NCBI GenBank assembly: GCA_964396265.1
Contig: CAYNEM010000006.1
Span: 60,789 to 124,788, forward strand
DNA: 64,000 nucleotides
Reading direction: 5' to 3'
Source of the DNA: an uncultured Methanomassiliicoccales archaeon
Lineage (GTDB): Archaea; Thermoplasmatota; Thermoplasmata; RBG-16-68-12; EA-27
A program made the translations under genes and the position numbers. The stretch's first letter is position 1; the number at the start of each line of letters is the position of its first letter. Below, piece by piece: positions 9,594 through 19,286 of the stretch. The notes beneath the pieces were generated by a model that saw nothing but the letters and a program-made list of their open reading frames with translations, was not told the DNA's origin and made no database searches.

Positions 9594-10529
9594 TCAAGCG
9601 TCGGCGAGCTGCTCCAGATGGAGCCGCAGCTCGCAGGCTTTGCAGATCTCGTTGGCCGCGGGCTCCCCGCAGCGCGAGCACGGGTTCGGCGTCCCGGACG
9701 CGAACCTCTCCTGGAGGAGCGGGCGGAGCTGGTCGTACGTGCTCACGATCGCGTGGCGGGTGCCCGGCGCGGCCGCCTCCATCTGCGCGAGGATGGAACC
9801 GAACCGTCCCCGTTGTGCGCGCTCCGCGTACGGACAGGTCGCCTCGTGGAACGGGATACCGCGGAGCATCGCATAGAGGTACACCTCTTTCTCGGGGATC
9901 ATGCGCAACGGGCTCAGGCGGGGGACCAGGCCCGGCTGCGGGGTCTCATGAGGCCCCAGCCGCGCGAGACGGTCCATGTCCGCGCGCGCCACATTCATGA
10001 GGATCGACTGGGCCGTGTCGTCGAGGTTGAGTCCGGTAGCGACGTAGTCCGCGTCGACATCGCGGGCAGCGCGATTCAACGCTTGGCGGCGGAAGACGCC
10101 GCAGTATCCGCACGGGATCGCGTCCGCGTCGAGCTTCACGACGCGGTCCATCTCGAATCCCACGGTCTGGCGGTAGGAGATGACGCGGTGCTCGATGCCG
10201 AGGGACGCGCAGAGGCGCTTCGCGATCTCGATGCCCTGCGGGCGGTACGTGGCGATGCCCTCGTCCACCGTGATCCCGACGAGCTCGACCTCGCGCCGCG
10301 TGGAGGCGATGTCGTGCAGGAGGGTAGTCGCCGTGCAGCTGTCCTTCCCCCCGCTGATGCCGATGGCGATGCGCAAGCCGGGCAGGAGGTCGACCTCGCG
10401 GCGGAGCTCCTCCCTCGCGCGATTCTCGACGAAGGCGAGGAAGTGCTCCTGGCACAGGTGGGCGCCGCTGTACCGGATCCAAGCGACCGCCGCGCTCCCG
10501 CACTTGTCGCACGCCACGGACACCGCCAA
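9594..10529 (-). CDS. ncsA: tRNA 2-thiolation PP-loop ATPase (TtuA/NcsA family)
   Basis: SGGKDS PP-loop motif. N- and C-terminal CxxC zinc-finger pairs (CDKCGS..C; CSRCGEP..CKAC) are typical of the NcsA/TtuA/Ncs6 family. Confidence 0.85.
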   Translation of the reverse strand: MAVSVACDKCGSAAVAWIRYSGAHLCQEHFLAFVENRAREELRREVDLLPGLRIAIGISGGKDSCTATTLLHDIASTRREVELVGITVDEGIATYRPQGIEIAKRLCASLGIEHRVISYRQTVGFEMDRVVKLDADAIPCGYCGVFRRQALNRAARDVDADYVATGLNLDDTAQSILMNVARADMDRLARLGPHETPQPGLVPRLSPLRMIPEKEVYLYAMLRGIPFHEATCPYAERAQRGRFGSILAQMEAAAPGTRHAIVSTYDQLRPLLQERFASGTPNPCSRCGEPAANEICKACELRLHLEQLADA

Positions 10530-10563
10530 TCCGTCGGACCGTATTTAGGCCCGAGCCTCGGAA

Positions 10564-11190
10564 TCACCGGAGGCCGGCGACCTGGAGGATGCCGTCGAGG
10601 ACGAACTGGACGCCGACCGCCGCCAACACGATGCCCATGATCCGCCCGAACGCGATCGTCCCCGTGCGGCCCACGCGCCGGAAGACCCGGTCCGCATAAT
10701 TGAGCAACGCGAAGGTGATCAGCACCGCCGCCAAGATGCCCGCGAACACGAACAGCTTGTCGACCGGGTCTCCCGTGTCCGTCGTCATGTACACGAGCAC
10801 GGTCGTGATGGCGCCCGGCCCCGCAAGGAGGGGGATTCCGAGGGGCACCACGCCCAACGCCTCGACCTCCTCCTCGCGCCCGCGCTCCGTGATGCGGACC
10901 CGCGACGTCCGCTGCCCCTGCGTCATCTGGAACGCGGTGGCGAACAGGAGGATGCCGCCGGCGATCTTGAACGCAGGGATCGTGAAGTTGAACACGGCGA
11001 AGATCCACACGCCGAAGATCGCGAAGACCCCGAGGGTCACGGCCGCGACGAGGCAGCTCTTCGTGATCACCTGCCGCTTCTCCTCTGCCGTGAAGCCCTC
11101 CGTCAACACGAGGAACGGCGCGATGACGCCCGGGGGATCGATGATCGCGACCAAGCTGAGGATGACCGCCAAACCGAACGCGATATCGAC
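10564..11190 (-). CDS. MarC-family (UPF0056) integral membrane protein
   Basis: Multi-TM protein whose N-terminus matches MarC (..LVDIAFGLAVILSLVAIIDPPGVIAPFLVLTEGFTAEEKRQ..). The maximal ORF reaches 11265 with a TTG start and a non-MarC leader; the likelier start is the in-frame TTG at about 11190. Start is uncertain. Confidence 0.7.
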   Translation of the reverse strand, partial: VDIAFGLAVILSLVAIIDPPGVIAPFLVLTEGFTAEEKRQVITKSCLVAAVTLGVFAIFGVWIFAVFNFTIPAFKIAGGILLFATAFQMTQGQRTSRVRITERGREEEVEALGVVPLGIPLLAGPGAITTVLVYMTTDTGDPVDKLFVFAGILAAVLITFALLNYADRVFRRVGRTGTIAFGRIMGIVLAAVGVQFVLDGILQVAGLR

Positions 11191-11326
11191 CAACGCCCAT
11201 CCCTTGCCGTCTGGCGGGGCGTCGCACGGACCGGCCCGTATAAGTGGCTTTCGAAGCGATTCCAAGGATAGGATGCGGGCATCGCGACGTGCGGGGAGAA
11301 ACTAGATATACGCCGCCAAGACTAAG

Positions 11327-12364
11327 ATGGGCAAGAGAGAAACGATGCCCGTCGACCTGAAGCTCGAGACGATGCGCCGCGGCACGGACCTGCTCAAGCG
11401 CGGGTTCGCGAAGATGCAGAAGGGCGGCGTGATCATGGACGTCACGAACGCGGAGCAGGCCTCGATCTCCGAGGAGGCGGGCGCGGTGGCGGTGATGGCC
11501 CTCGAGCGCGTCCCCGCGGACATCCGCGCGGAGGGCGGCGTCGCGCGCATGGCGAACCCTCAGAAGATCGTCGAGATCATGGAGACGGTCACGATCCCCG
11601 TGATGGCGAAGTGCCGCATCGGGCATTTCGCGGAGGCGCAGGCGCTCGAGTCCCTGGGTGTGGACATGGTCGACGAGTCCGAGGTGCTCACGCCGGCCGA
11701 CCCGTACTTCCACGTTGACAAGAGGAAGTTCACCGTGCCGTTCGTGTGCGGCTGTCGCAATCTCGGGGAGGCCGTGCGTCGGATCTACGAGGGCGCCGCA
11801 TTGATCCGCACGAAGGGCGAGGCGGGCACGGGCAATGTCGTCGAGGCGGTGCGGCACATGCGCCTCCAGACGGCGGCGGTCGCGGACCTCCGGAACAAAG
11901 ACGACGACGGGCTCCACCGCGTGGCGGTGCACTGTGCGAAATCGTACACCAAGCTCCTCGAGGAGGCGCGCGCGTCGATGGGCCTGCCGGCCAAGGTCGA
12001 CATCCACGAGCCCCTCTTCGGCGAGGACACCTTGGATACGATCGAGTCGGGTCTCCACGCGCTCCTGATCGAGGTGCGCGACGTGCGGCGCCTCCCCGTC
12101 GTGAACTTCGCCGCCGGCGGCATCGCGACGCCCGCGGACGCGGCGATCATGATGCAGCTCGGATGCGACGGCGTCTTCGTCGGCTCGGGGATCTTCAAAT
12201 CCGAGGACCCCGCGGTGCGCGCGAGGGCGATTGTGGAAGCGGTCCTGCACTTCGACGATCCTGCCATCGTCGCGGAGGTCTCGAAGGGACTCGGCCCGCC
12301 GATGAAGGGGATTGAGATCAGCCAGCTTCCTGCGGAGGAGCGTCTGCAAGAGCGCGGCTGGTGA
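11327..12364 (+). CDS. pdxS: pyridoxal 5'-phosphate synthase subunit PdxS
   Basis: Near-full-length identity pattern to PdxS/Pdx1/SNZ (..[35 protein letters not shown]..). Confidence 0.95.
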   Translation: MGKRETMPVDLKLETMRRGTDLLKRGFAKMQKGGVIMDVTNAEQASISEEAGAVAVMALERVPADIRAEGGVARMANPQKIVEIMETVTIPVMAKCRIGHFAEAQALESLGVDMVDESEVLTPADPYFHVDKRKFTVPFVCGCRNLGEAVRRIYEGAALIRTKGEAGTGNVVEAVRHMRLQTAAVADLRNKDDDGLHRVAVHCAKSYTKLLEEARASMGLPAKVDIHEPLFGEDTLDTIESGLHALLIEVRDVRRLPVVNFAAGGIATPADAAIMMQLGCDGVFVGSGIFKSEDPAVRARAIVEAVLHFDDPAIVAEVSKGLGPPMKGIEISQLPAEERLQERGW

Positions 12365-13304
12365 TCACCGCCAACGCGGCGTCTACGACCCTTGCACATC
12401 CGTCCCCGGTGAGCGCGGTGACCTTGAGGCGGTCTGATTTCGTGCGAACGAGGTCCTCCTTGTTCTCGACCTCGAGGATGACGATCTGCGGGAACGCCTC
12501 GCGGACCTCCGCGAGGAGGCGCTCCTGCAACGCCATCGGGAAGCCGCAGGATTCCGACGGATCGAAGATGAACACGATGACGTCGGCGAGATGGCGCAAG
12601 GCGACAATCGCCTGTCGCTCGACGGGGTTCCGCTCCTCCATCGATCGGTCGAGCAGCCCGGGCGTGTCGACGACGAGATACTTCCGAAATCTCCGCTCGA
12701 AGTGTCCCACGTTGATCCCCTGCGTCGTGAACGGGTACGCGGCCACCTTCGGCTTCCCGGTCGAGACCGCGCGCACGAACTGCGACTTCCCCACGTTCGG
12801 GGACCCGGCGATGACGATCGTCGGCATCGCGGGGTCGATGTCCGGGACGCGGATCAGCTTGTAGCGCATCGCCGCCAGCGACTCCAGGTTGGGTGCGATC
12901 CGGTTCACGATCGACGAGACGCGTCCATACGCGGCCTTCCGGATCCGAACAGCGTCCGTCGTCCCGGGGGCGCGCCCGCCCTCCCGCGCGGCGCGGCGGC
13001 ACACGCGCATGACCTGATCCCGGCACCAGTCGATCGCGCCCAGCTCGTGCTTCAGGTTCCCCACGCCGACGAGGACCTCCACGAGCTCCCGCTGGAAGTC
13101 GGGCAGACGCTCGAGGCTCGGGACCGCGTCCACGTACTTCTTGAGCGTGGCATCGATCGTGTCCCCGACCGTGTGGACCTTCGAGACGGCGGCCCGGCGA
13201 GCCCGTTCGACCTTCGTCAGTCCCTTCCCCGAGGTCTTGGCGGCGCGGCGGAGGGCCTTGTCGAGAAGTTCCTGTGCGGATAGCACCGTCGGGATCGGGA
13301 ACAC
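12318..13304 (-). CDS. NOG1-family GTPase (archaeal Nog1/Obg-like)
   Basis: G1 motif GSPNVGKS, G3 motif DTPG, and a Nog1-type N-terminal helical domain. 328 aa. Confidence 0.85.
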   Translation of the reverse strand: MFPIPTVLSAQELLDKALRRAAKTSGKGLTKVERARRAAVSKVHTVGDTIDATLKKYVDAVPSLERLPDFQRELVEVLVGVGNLKHELGAIDWCRDQVMRVCRRAAREGGRAPGTTDAVRIRKAAYGRVSSIVNRIAPNLESLAAMRYKLIRVPDIDPAMPTIVIAGSPNVGKSQFVRAVSTGKPKVAAYPFTTQGINVGHFERRFRKYLVVDTPGLLDRSMEERNPVERQAIVALRHLADVIVFIFDPSESCGFPMALQERLLAEVREAFPQIVILEVENKEDLVRTKSDRLKVTALTGDGCARVVDAALAVITSRALADAPPQEAG

Positions 13305-13339
13305 GCAACCCCCATGGCGGCTCGCGGATTAAGGCGTCG

Positions 13340-13868
13340 TCAGCATGGAACCCCGCCTATGAGCCCCGGGAAAATCGTCAGCGCGAGGACGAAGAACAAG
13401 GCGACCCGGCTGATCCCCGCGAGGAAGTTGCTCACGATGAACTGACGGCGGTCCAGCGCCTTCCCCTCCTCGTTGAAGAGGGCGTACAGGTACAGGACGG
13501 CGGTGTCCGACATGAAGGGGACGCTGAGCAGGATGAAGAGGCCGAGGACCCCCGTGACCCGGACGAACCGCTCGAGCGCCTTCAGGAGCCGGTCGAAGAT
13601 CCTCGACCGCTTCGCCCACTTGTGCATGGCGCCCTCGACTTTCAGACCCAGCGCGAACACGAGCCACGCCCCCACCGCCTTTCCCAACGCGACCGCGACG
13701 AGGGCGGCCGTGAACAGAGCGAGGCTTCCGGCGGTGAGCGCGAAGACGAGGGCGACCTCGATCGGAATCGGGAGGATGATCGCGACAGCAATCGAGAACG
13801 CGAAGACGATCAGGAAATAGACGAAGGGGTTCGTCAGAAACTGGCACAGGATCTGTTCGAAGGTGGCC
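13340..13868 (-). CDS. hypothetical integral membrane protein
   Basis: About 176 aa with several TM helices. The likely start is GTG 13868, which sits about 30 nt downstream of a TATA-like box (13898-13907, minus sense) and so looks leaderless. The longer ORF to 14095 would overlap taw1 with a low-complexity S/R/A-rich leader. Confidence 0.6.
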
Positions 13869-13897
13869 ACGGGATTGCGCCGCCACGGGACGGCCCC

Positions 13898-13927
13898 TAT
13901 AAAAAAGGTATCCGGGAATTCCCGGGG
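13898..13927 (-). promoter_or_regulatory. TATA-like box plus perfect palindrome CCGGGAATTCCCGG between taw1 and the downstream membrane-protein gene
   Basis: CTTTTTTATA (minus sense) about 30 nt upstream of GTG 13868. The adjacent 14-bp perfect palindrome lies at 13914-13927. Confidence 0.4.
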
Positions 13928-13934
13928 GCAAGAC

Positions 13935-14909
13935 TCACACGTTCGCCACGAACTTCGCGCCGAGCTCCGCGCGGTCGATGTGGTGGATCTGGCCGTCGCG
14001 CGTGAGGAGGCAGACGCGAGAGTCCTCGCGCTCCGACGCGATGTGGTACCCGGTCTTCGCCGCCAAGGTCGAGGAGAACTCGCGGATCGCGGCATGGCTC
14101 GGCATGTTGTCGGCCTTGAGGCGGAGCCGCGACTCGCCGACGAACATGTACGCCTTGCACTCGATGAACATCGGTTTGGCGGTGGAGTCCATGGCTGCGT
14201 ACTCGTCCTCCCATCCGAGGTTCCATCCCTCGACGAGCGTGTGTCGGATGACCGTCCTCGTCTTCAGGGAGGGAAGGAGCTCGAGCGTCTCTCCCATCTT
14301 CTTCCACTCGTGGTCCGACTTCGGCGCCATGAGCTTCTCGTACACATCCTGGTTCGGCGCCGCCACAGTCACGTACAGCTGCGTCGGGAGGTTCCCCTCC
14401 GCCGCCAGCTTCCGCAGCACGGACGGCGTCGTGCCGTTCGTCACGAGGAATGTCGTCATCCCCCGTTCGTGGTACGACGCGATCATCTCTCCGAGGCGGC
14501 GGTACAGCGTGGGCTCGCCGGTGAGGGAGATTGCGACCTGGTTCGGATGCATGGACTCGACGAACCGCTCCCGCGGGACGCGGGGATCGCCGCCAAATCC
14601 GGAGAGGAGCTTGTCCTGGGCGTCGAGCGATCCGTCGATGATGAAGTCCGGGTCCTCCGCGACCTGCAGGGAGTCCGCGCCCCACTCCTGCGCGCGCCAG
14701 CAGAATAAGCATCCGAGGTTGCATGCGTCCACGGTCGGGGTCATCTGGAGGCAGCGGTGGGAGTCGATTCCGTAAAACGTTTCCTTGTAGCAGCCGACGC
14801 CCGTCGTGAGCTTGCTCTTCGCCCAATGGCACACCTTGACGCCGCTGTGCTCGCCGACGATCTTGTAGCCCTGGCGCTCAAGGATCTCGCGCTTGACCGC
14901 GTCGACCAT
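13935..14909 (-). CDS. taw1: tRNA 4-demethylwyosine synthase Taw1 (radical SAM, TYW1 homolog)
   Basis: N-terminus ..YKIVGEHSGVKVCHWAKSKLTTGVGCYKETFYGIDSHRCLQMTP.. and radical-SAM CNLGCLFCWR motif are characteristic of archaeal Taw1. Confidence 0.9.
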   Translation of the reverse strand: MVDAVKREILERQGYKIVGEHSGVKVCHWAKSKLTTGVGCYKETFYGIDSHRCLQMTPTVDACNLGCLFCWRAQEWGADSLQVAEDPDFIIDGSLDAQDKLLSGFGGDPRVPRERFVESMHPNQVAISLTGEPTLYRRLGEMIASYHERGMTTFLVTNGTTPSVLRKLAAEGNLPTQLYVTVAAPNQDVYEKLMAPKSDHEWKKMGETLELLPSLKTRTVIRHTLVEGWNLGWEDEYAAMDSTAKPMFIECKAYMFVGESRLRLKADNMPSHAAIREFSSTLAAKTGYHIASEREDSRVCLLTRDGQIHHIDRAELGAKFVANV

Positions 14910-15658
14910 AATCGCAGGGGCGAAGAGCTGCGCGATTCATCCCCTTTTCGGCGAGTCGATCGCACGACTCCTCCAAGTCGGTGACAAGACCCCGGCGGGA
15001 CGTAAGGTTCTCGGAACCTACAAATGGGCGCACCAATATCCATTTCGCCCATAGAGCGCATGGCGACCAACGTGAAGGGGTTGGCGGGGTTTGTCGCGTG
15101 CATCATCACCGTGCTGGTGCTACCTACGGCCGCGCCGATGTCGTCGGGCGGGGTCCTTTTCGAGACCCGCGAAACCGAGCCGATTCTCCGAGTGGGCACG
15201 ATTGACGAGATGAAAACGAGAAACCCGATTAACGCGAGTGCCCGGGACATGTGGACCTCAGACGCGACGTCGACGATCGTCCGAGGCACGTCGAGGCGGT
15301 GTGCCCGCCCCGCGACGTTCGTCGGCACGACGGCGCGCACGAGGCCTGGGGGGAACCCCGCGCCCTTGAATGCCCACCACGGGTCGAAGTGGAGGAGTCC
15401 CTCGAATCGCTTCAGATCCATGGGAGGCGCCGCGATCATCTCGCCGGCGGTGCAGTTGATACGAATCTCGCGGCCTGCGTACGTCACGTCCCGGTCCCAG
15501 ATCGTCGGGGGCCTCCCGAGGACGTCGAGCGCGATGAAAGGGACGCGCCAGTGGACGTTGAAGAACGGGAGCACGTACTTCGCGTACCATCGCGTGTCTT
15601 TCAGCGCGACGTGCACGCCGGCGAGCTGGCGCTGCGTGACGACCTCGTCCGGTCTCAC
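14741..15658 (-). CDS. hypothetical protein (translationally coupled to rfcL; 3' part overlaps taw1)
   Basis: Its GTG start overlaps the rfcL stop as GTGA. The first ~215 aa look protein-like (W/F/Y-rich with one hydrophobic helix). The last ~90 aa are S/R/A low complexity and overlap taw1 by 168 nt, so a frameshift or a shorter real product is possible. Confidence 0.45.
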   Translation of the reverse strand: MRPDEVVTQRQLAGVHVALKDTRWYAKYVLPFFNVHWRVPFIALDVLGRPPTIWDRDVTYAGREIRINCTAGEMIAAPPMDLKRFEGLLHFDPWWAFKGAGFPPGLVRAVVPTNVAGRAHRLDVPRTIVDVASEVHMSRALALIGFLVFISSIVPTRRIGSVSRVSKRTPPDDIGAAVGSTSTVMMHATNPANPFTLVAMRSMGEMDIGAPICRFREPYVPPGSCHRLGGVVRSTRRKGDESRSSSPLRLWSTRSSARSLSARATRSSASTAASRCAIGRRASSRRASAATRKRFTESTPTAASR

Positions 15659-16998
15659 GTCCCCTCGCCTTCGAAGGTGCTCAGGCCGCCGCGCGCCTTC
15701 GGCGCCTCCCCGCGCATCGCCGCCAGCTCGCGCACCTCCTTCGAATCCTCGTCTGCGTCGAGCAAGAACGCGAGCTCCTTTTCATCGAGGAAGAGCGCCG
15801 CCGCCATCGCGCGCCGGAACTCCGCGTCCGCCCGGAACACCTCTTTGAAGGACGGGAGGACGTCGAGGGCCGTGCGCCGCCAGGACGCGTGGGTGCTCCC
15901 GCCGATCTTCCGACACACGGACTGCGTGGTCTGGCGGCGCGATCGGGTACGCGCCATCTTCGACAGCCACAGCGGGAACCGGTACGGCCCGCCGCCAGCA
16001 CGGCCGTGCCGCGCCACCGCCACCCCCGCGGTCATCATGTCGGACGCGTACGCCCAGAAGCGGTACGCCTGCACACGCCGCACCCGCCCCAGCCACACGT
16101 CCGCGCGAGAGAGCGCCTCGTACCCTCGCGCGAGGTCGTCGGGGTCGCGATACTCGTAGGGGAGGTTCTCGTCGATCCACAGGATGAGGTCCTCCGGGTC
16201 CTTGTCCAGGTTGTCCGTCGCGCGACGCGCGCGTCTCGCGTCCCCGGATTGGAAGATCTCGCGGAGTGCGTCGAACACGTTGCCCTCGACGTCGCGGTCA
16301 CCCAGCTTCACGACGTCTGCGGCGGGGACCACCTTCTTGCCCTCCGCGAGCGCCTGCAGGTCGTTCATCGCGCTCCGGAGGTCCCCGGCCGCATGGGCAG
16401 CAATCGCGTCGAGCGCCTCCTCGGAGAGGGACACCTCCTCCGTGTCTGCGGCGCGCTTCAGCGCCTGCTTCACGGCCTGCAGCGTGAGCCGGTTGAACTT
16501 GATCTGCCTTGTGAGGGACTTGATCGATCCGGACCGGCGGGACAGCTCGTAGTAGTCATTGCAGATGAGGACAATCGGCTGGCGGGTCTGGCGGATCGCG
16601 TCGACGATCGCGCCGATGCCGCCGAAGTCCTCGCGGCCGAACAGGTTGTCCGCCTCGTCGAGGATGATGACCGTGCGCTTCCCCTCGGAGGTCCGCAGGA
16701 ACTCCCCGGTCGCCGAGAACGTCTGCGTGATCGCCCCCTGGAGCGCGATCTTGCGTACGGCCTCCGCGTTCCGCTTGTCCGAGGCGTTCATCTCGACGAC
16801 GCCCCACCCCATGTCCGCCGCCAAGGCAAGCGCAGAGGACGTCTTCCCGACCCCCGGGGGCCCACTGAGGACGACCGCCCGCTTCTCCGGCGGCTTCTTG
16901 CGCCACGACTCCGCCCATCGCTTCAGATCCTGGATGGCGGTCGGGTTGCCGCATACGTCCTTCAGGGTCTTCGGGCGGTGCTTCTCGGCCCAGTCCAT
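15655..16998 (-). CDS. rfcL: replication factor C large subunit
   Basis: N-terminus MDWAEKHRPKTLKDVCGNP.. Walker A LSGPPGVGKTS, DEAD-like ILDEAD, and the RfcL C-terminal domain. Confidence 0.92.
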   Translation of the reverse strand: MDWAEKHRPKTLKDVCGNPTAIQDLKRWAESWRKKPPEKRAVVLSGPPGVGKTSSALALAADMGWGVVEMNASDKRNAEAVRKIALQGAITQTFSATGEFLRTSEGKRTVIILDEADNLFGREDFGGIGAIVDAIRQTRQPIVLICNDYYELSRRSGSIKSLTRQIKFNRLTLQAVKQALKRAADTEEVSLSEEALDAIAAHAAGDLRSAMNDLQALAEGKKVVPAADVVKLGDRDVEGNVFDALREIFQSGDARRARRATDNLDKDPEDLILWIDENLPYEYRDPDDLARGYEALSRADVWLGRVRRVQAYRFWAYASDMMTAGVAVARHGRAGGGPYRFPLWLSKMARTRSRRQTTQSVCRKIGGSTHASWRRTALDVLPSFKEVFRADAEFRRAMAAALFLDEKELAFLLDADEDSKEVRELAAMRGEAPKARGGLSTFEGEGT

Positions 16999-17121
16999 GA
17001 GGGTGGGAGCGCGTGAGCGGGTTTAAGGGCTCGGCTCGCACCGCCGAAACTACTCCGAACATACCGGACGGAAGTAAACATTAAGCCTCAGTCGGAGTTC
17101 CCCGCCTCGGGAGGAAGCCCC

Positions 17122-17463
17122 ATGATGTGGATGAACAGCGGCAACATCAAGGAAGGCCGGATGAAGGAATTCCAGGAGTGGACGAAGAAGAACGAGAAGC
17201 TCCTGCAGAAGAACGCCCCGTCGGGATGGACGTATCGCGGCACGTACGCGTACGTCCTCGGCTTCGGCCGGTTCGGCGTGGCGGGAATGTGGGAATGCGA
17301 GAAGTACGGCGACTTCGACAACCTGCGCAACCACGACGACAAGAACTGGATGCGCCTGAACGAGGAGATGTCCGACTTCTTCGATCAGTCCGCGAGCGAA
17401 GGCGTGCTCCTGCGAGAGATCGGTGACACGAAGATCTTGGAACCGAAGAAACCACGACCGTAG
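17122..17463 (+). CDS. hypothetical protein (lower-GC, island-associated)
   Basis: 113-aa ORF, K/E/W-rich, with a GGGAGG Shine-Dalgarno-like motif about 8 nt upstream. Lies in a locally lower-GC stretch next to the recombinase genes. Confidence 0.5.
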   Translation: MMWMNSGNIKEGRMKEFQEWTKKNEKLLQKNAPSGWTYRGTYAYVLGFGRFGVAGMWECEKYGDFDNLRNHDDKNWMRLNEEMSDFFDQSASEGVLLREIGDTKILEPKKPRP

Positions 17464-17787
17464 CCCGGCTCGTTCGTGACAGGACGTGACACATTGAGGC
17501 CAGTTTAGCTCCAGCCTAGACTATTCATCGCTGTCACGTATCCGCTTGACTAGTCAAGCTTCCACCTAGAACGCCGTCGAAACCCGCTTTTCGGGCGGTT
17601 CGACCGGGTGTTCTCGCAACGATCGCGCGATCCCCGCTCCGGACCGCTCTCATGCTCCCGCGGGCACCTCGTCGCCGGAACGCGAGCTCCGCGCACACGA
17701 GTGGCGACCATGAGCATCCGCAGCATGGAAACCCTCACTTCGGTTTGTCAAGACGGGGGAGGTCGAAACGGTCTACCGTTTCGAACG

Positions 17788-18474
17788 CTACTTTCCCCTC
17801 GACGGGGGCTTGAACAGGGCGGCGTCACGCTTCTGGTCTGGCCTCCGGATGCGCTTCTCCATCTCGACCTGCACCTGGGAGAACTTGTCCTGGTCCACGA
17901 TCGGGCGGTGCTTCCCGTTGCGGAGTCCCCCGTCCTGGCGGATGTACCCGCAGTACAGCGGGTTCCTCAGGATGTTCGCGATCGTCTGGCTTTGCCATCG
18001 CTTCCCGGTCTTTGTGCGGATCTCCGCGCGGTTGAGCTCCTCGCAGACTTTTGCGATGCCACGGCCCTCGAGATACATCTCAAAGATCAGGCCGACCGTG
18101 CGCGCCTCGTTCGGGTTCACCTTGAGCGCACCGTCGCGCGTCTCGTACCCGTAAGGCCGCGTGAACTCCTCGAACCCCAGGCCCGAGCCGCCCGAACCGT
18201 GTGACAAGATACCACGTATCATGGTCTTGTAGTCGAGCTTGCGCTCGACGCACAGCTTGCGCACCGCCTCGTCCTCGTCTTTCGCACTGAAGTGCGAGAG
18301 CATCTCCTTCGTCGACCCGAATCGCAGGAAGATCTCCCGGAAGACGACGGGGTCCTTCGGAGCTGCCTCGCGACACGCGCGGCACAGGACGGGGGCCCGC
18401 ATGTCCTCAATCGGGTGTTCCTGAAGGCCGCTCCGGCTCCAGCATCGCTCGCACCGGTCGTTCCCCACGGTCAC
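17788..18474 (-). CDS. serine-recombinase-family protein lacking the catalytic resolvase domain (zinc ribbon + recombinase domain)
   Basis: N-terminal CxxC..CxxC (CERCWS..CRACRE), then the 'recombinase' domain motif RPYGYETRDGALKVNPNEARTVGLIFEMYLEG..IAKVCEELN..GIRTKTGKRWQSQTIANILRNPLYCGYI. No YxRVSTxxQ catalytic motif. Confidence 0.75.
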   Translation of the reverse strand: MTVGNDRCERCWSRSGLQEHPIEDMRAPVLCRACREAAPKDPVVFREIFLRFGSTKEMLSHFSAKDEDEAVRKLCVERKLDYKTMIRGILSHGSGGSGLGFEEFTRPYGYETRDGALKVNPNEARTVGLIFEMYLEGRGIAKVCEELNRAEIRTKTGKRWQSQTIANILRNPLYCGYIRQDGGLRNGKHRPIVDQDKFSQVQVEMEKRIRRPDQKRDAALFKPPSRGK

Positions 18475-19286
18475 GCCTCCGCCGCCAAACGATCAGCCTC
18501 GATCGCGAGCACGACCTTTCTCCCTTGAACAGCGTCCCACAATCGGTGATCGACGATCGGCTGATGGGAATCGTCGCGGACGCTCTCGTCCCATCGGATC
18601 TTCCCGACGTAGACCGGATTGTGCAGCATGTAGCGGATCCCGGACTTGCTCCAGCGGCGGCCCCGCTGCGAAGGGATCCCATCGTCGTTGAGTTTGGCGG
18701 CGATCGCATGGAAGGCGCGCCCCTGGGCGTATTCCTCGAAAATGCCTCGGACGATGCGCGCCTCCGCCTCGTCCACGATGAGCGCACCGTCCACGTATCG
18801 ATACCCGAAGGGGCGGCGGAACCCGTTGAGCCCTTCCCCGGCCTTGTGCTTCTGCGCCATCCCCATGTACACGCGCTCCCCGATCTGCTCGGACTCGAGC
18901 TGCGCGATGCGCTGGATGATGTCCATGACGAAGCGCCCCATGGCGGTGGAGGTGTCGAGGGACTCCGTCGCGCTCACGAAGTCCTTGCCCCACTTCCCCA
19001 GGTCGTCCATCATCCCCATGAAGTTCCGCGAGTTGCGGTGGATCCGGTCCATCTTGATCACGAGCATCTTGTCCCAGGCATCTCGGTCCGCAAGCATCCG
19101 CTGGTACGCGGGACGGTTCACGTTCCTCCCGGTGTGGCCGTCGTCCACGTACTCCTGCGCGACGGTCCAGCCCTGGGCGCGGCAGAATGCATGGAGACGC
19201 TCGCTCTGCGCGTCGAGGGAGAAGCCCTCCTTCGCCTGATCCTCCGTGGATACGCGGGTGTAGAGTGCGACGCGTTGAGCTGCCAT
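18471..19286 (-). CDS. serine recombinase (resolvase/invertase catalytic domain + recombinase domain)
   Basis: Catalytic-Ser motif VALYTRVSTEDQ, then the recombinase-domain motif (RPFGYRYVDGALIVDEAEARIVRGIFEEY..GIPSQRGRRWSKSGIRYMLHNPVYVG). Its stop overlaps the downstream gene start by 4 nt. Confidence 0.88.
   Translation of the reverse strand: MAAQRVALYTRVSTEDQAKEGFSLDAQSERLHAFCRAQGWTVAQEYVDDGHTGRNVNRPAYQRMLADRDAWDKMLVIKMDRIHRNSRNFMGMMDDLGKWGKDFVSATESLDTSTAMGRFVMDIIQRIAQLESEQIGERVYMGMAQKHKAGEGLNGFRRPFGYRYVDGALIVDEAEARIVRGIFEEYAQGRAFHAIAAKLNDDGIPSQRGRRWSKSGIRYMLHNPVYVGKIRWDESVRDDSHQPIVDHRLWDAVQGRKVVLAIEADRLAAEA

Noticed and set aside
10136-12349. 737-aa minus-strand ORF overlapping ncsA, the MarC gene and pdxS
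   Set aside because: Arg/Gly/Ala-rich junk translation. All three overlapped genes have clear family signatures.
13898-13907. TATAAAAAAG read as a plus-strand promoter
   Set aside because: No plus-strand gene lies downstream (the next 1 kb is taw1 on the minus strand). The orientation and spacing fit the minus-strand membrane-protein gene starting at 13868.
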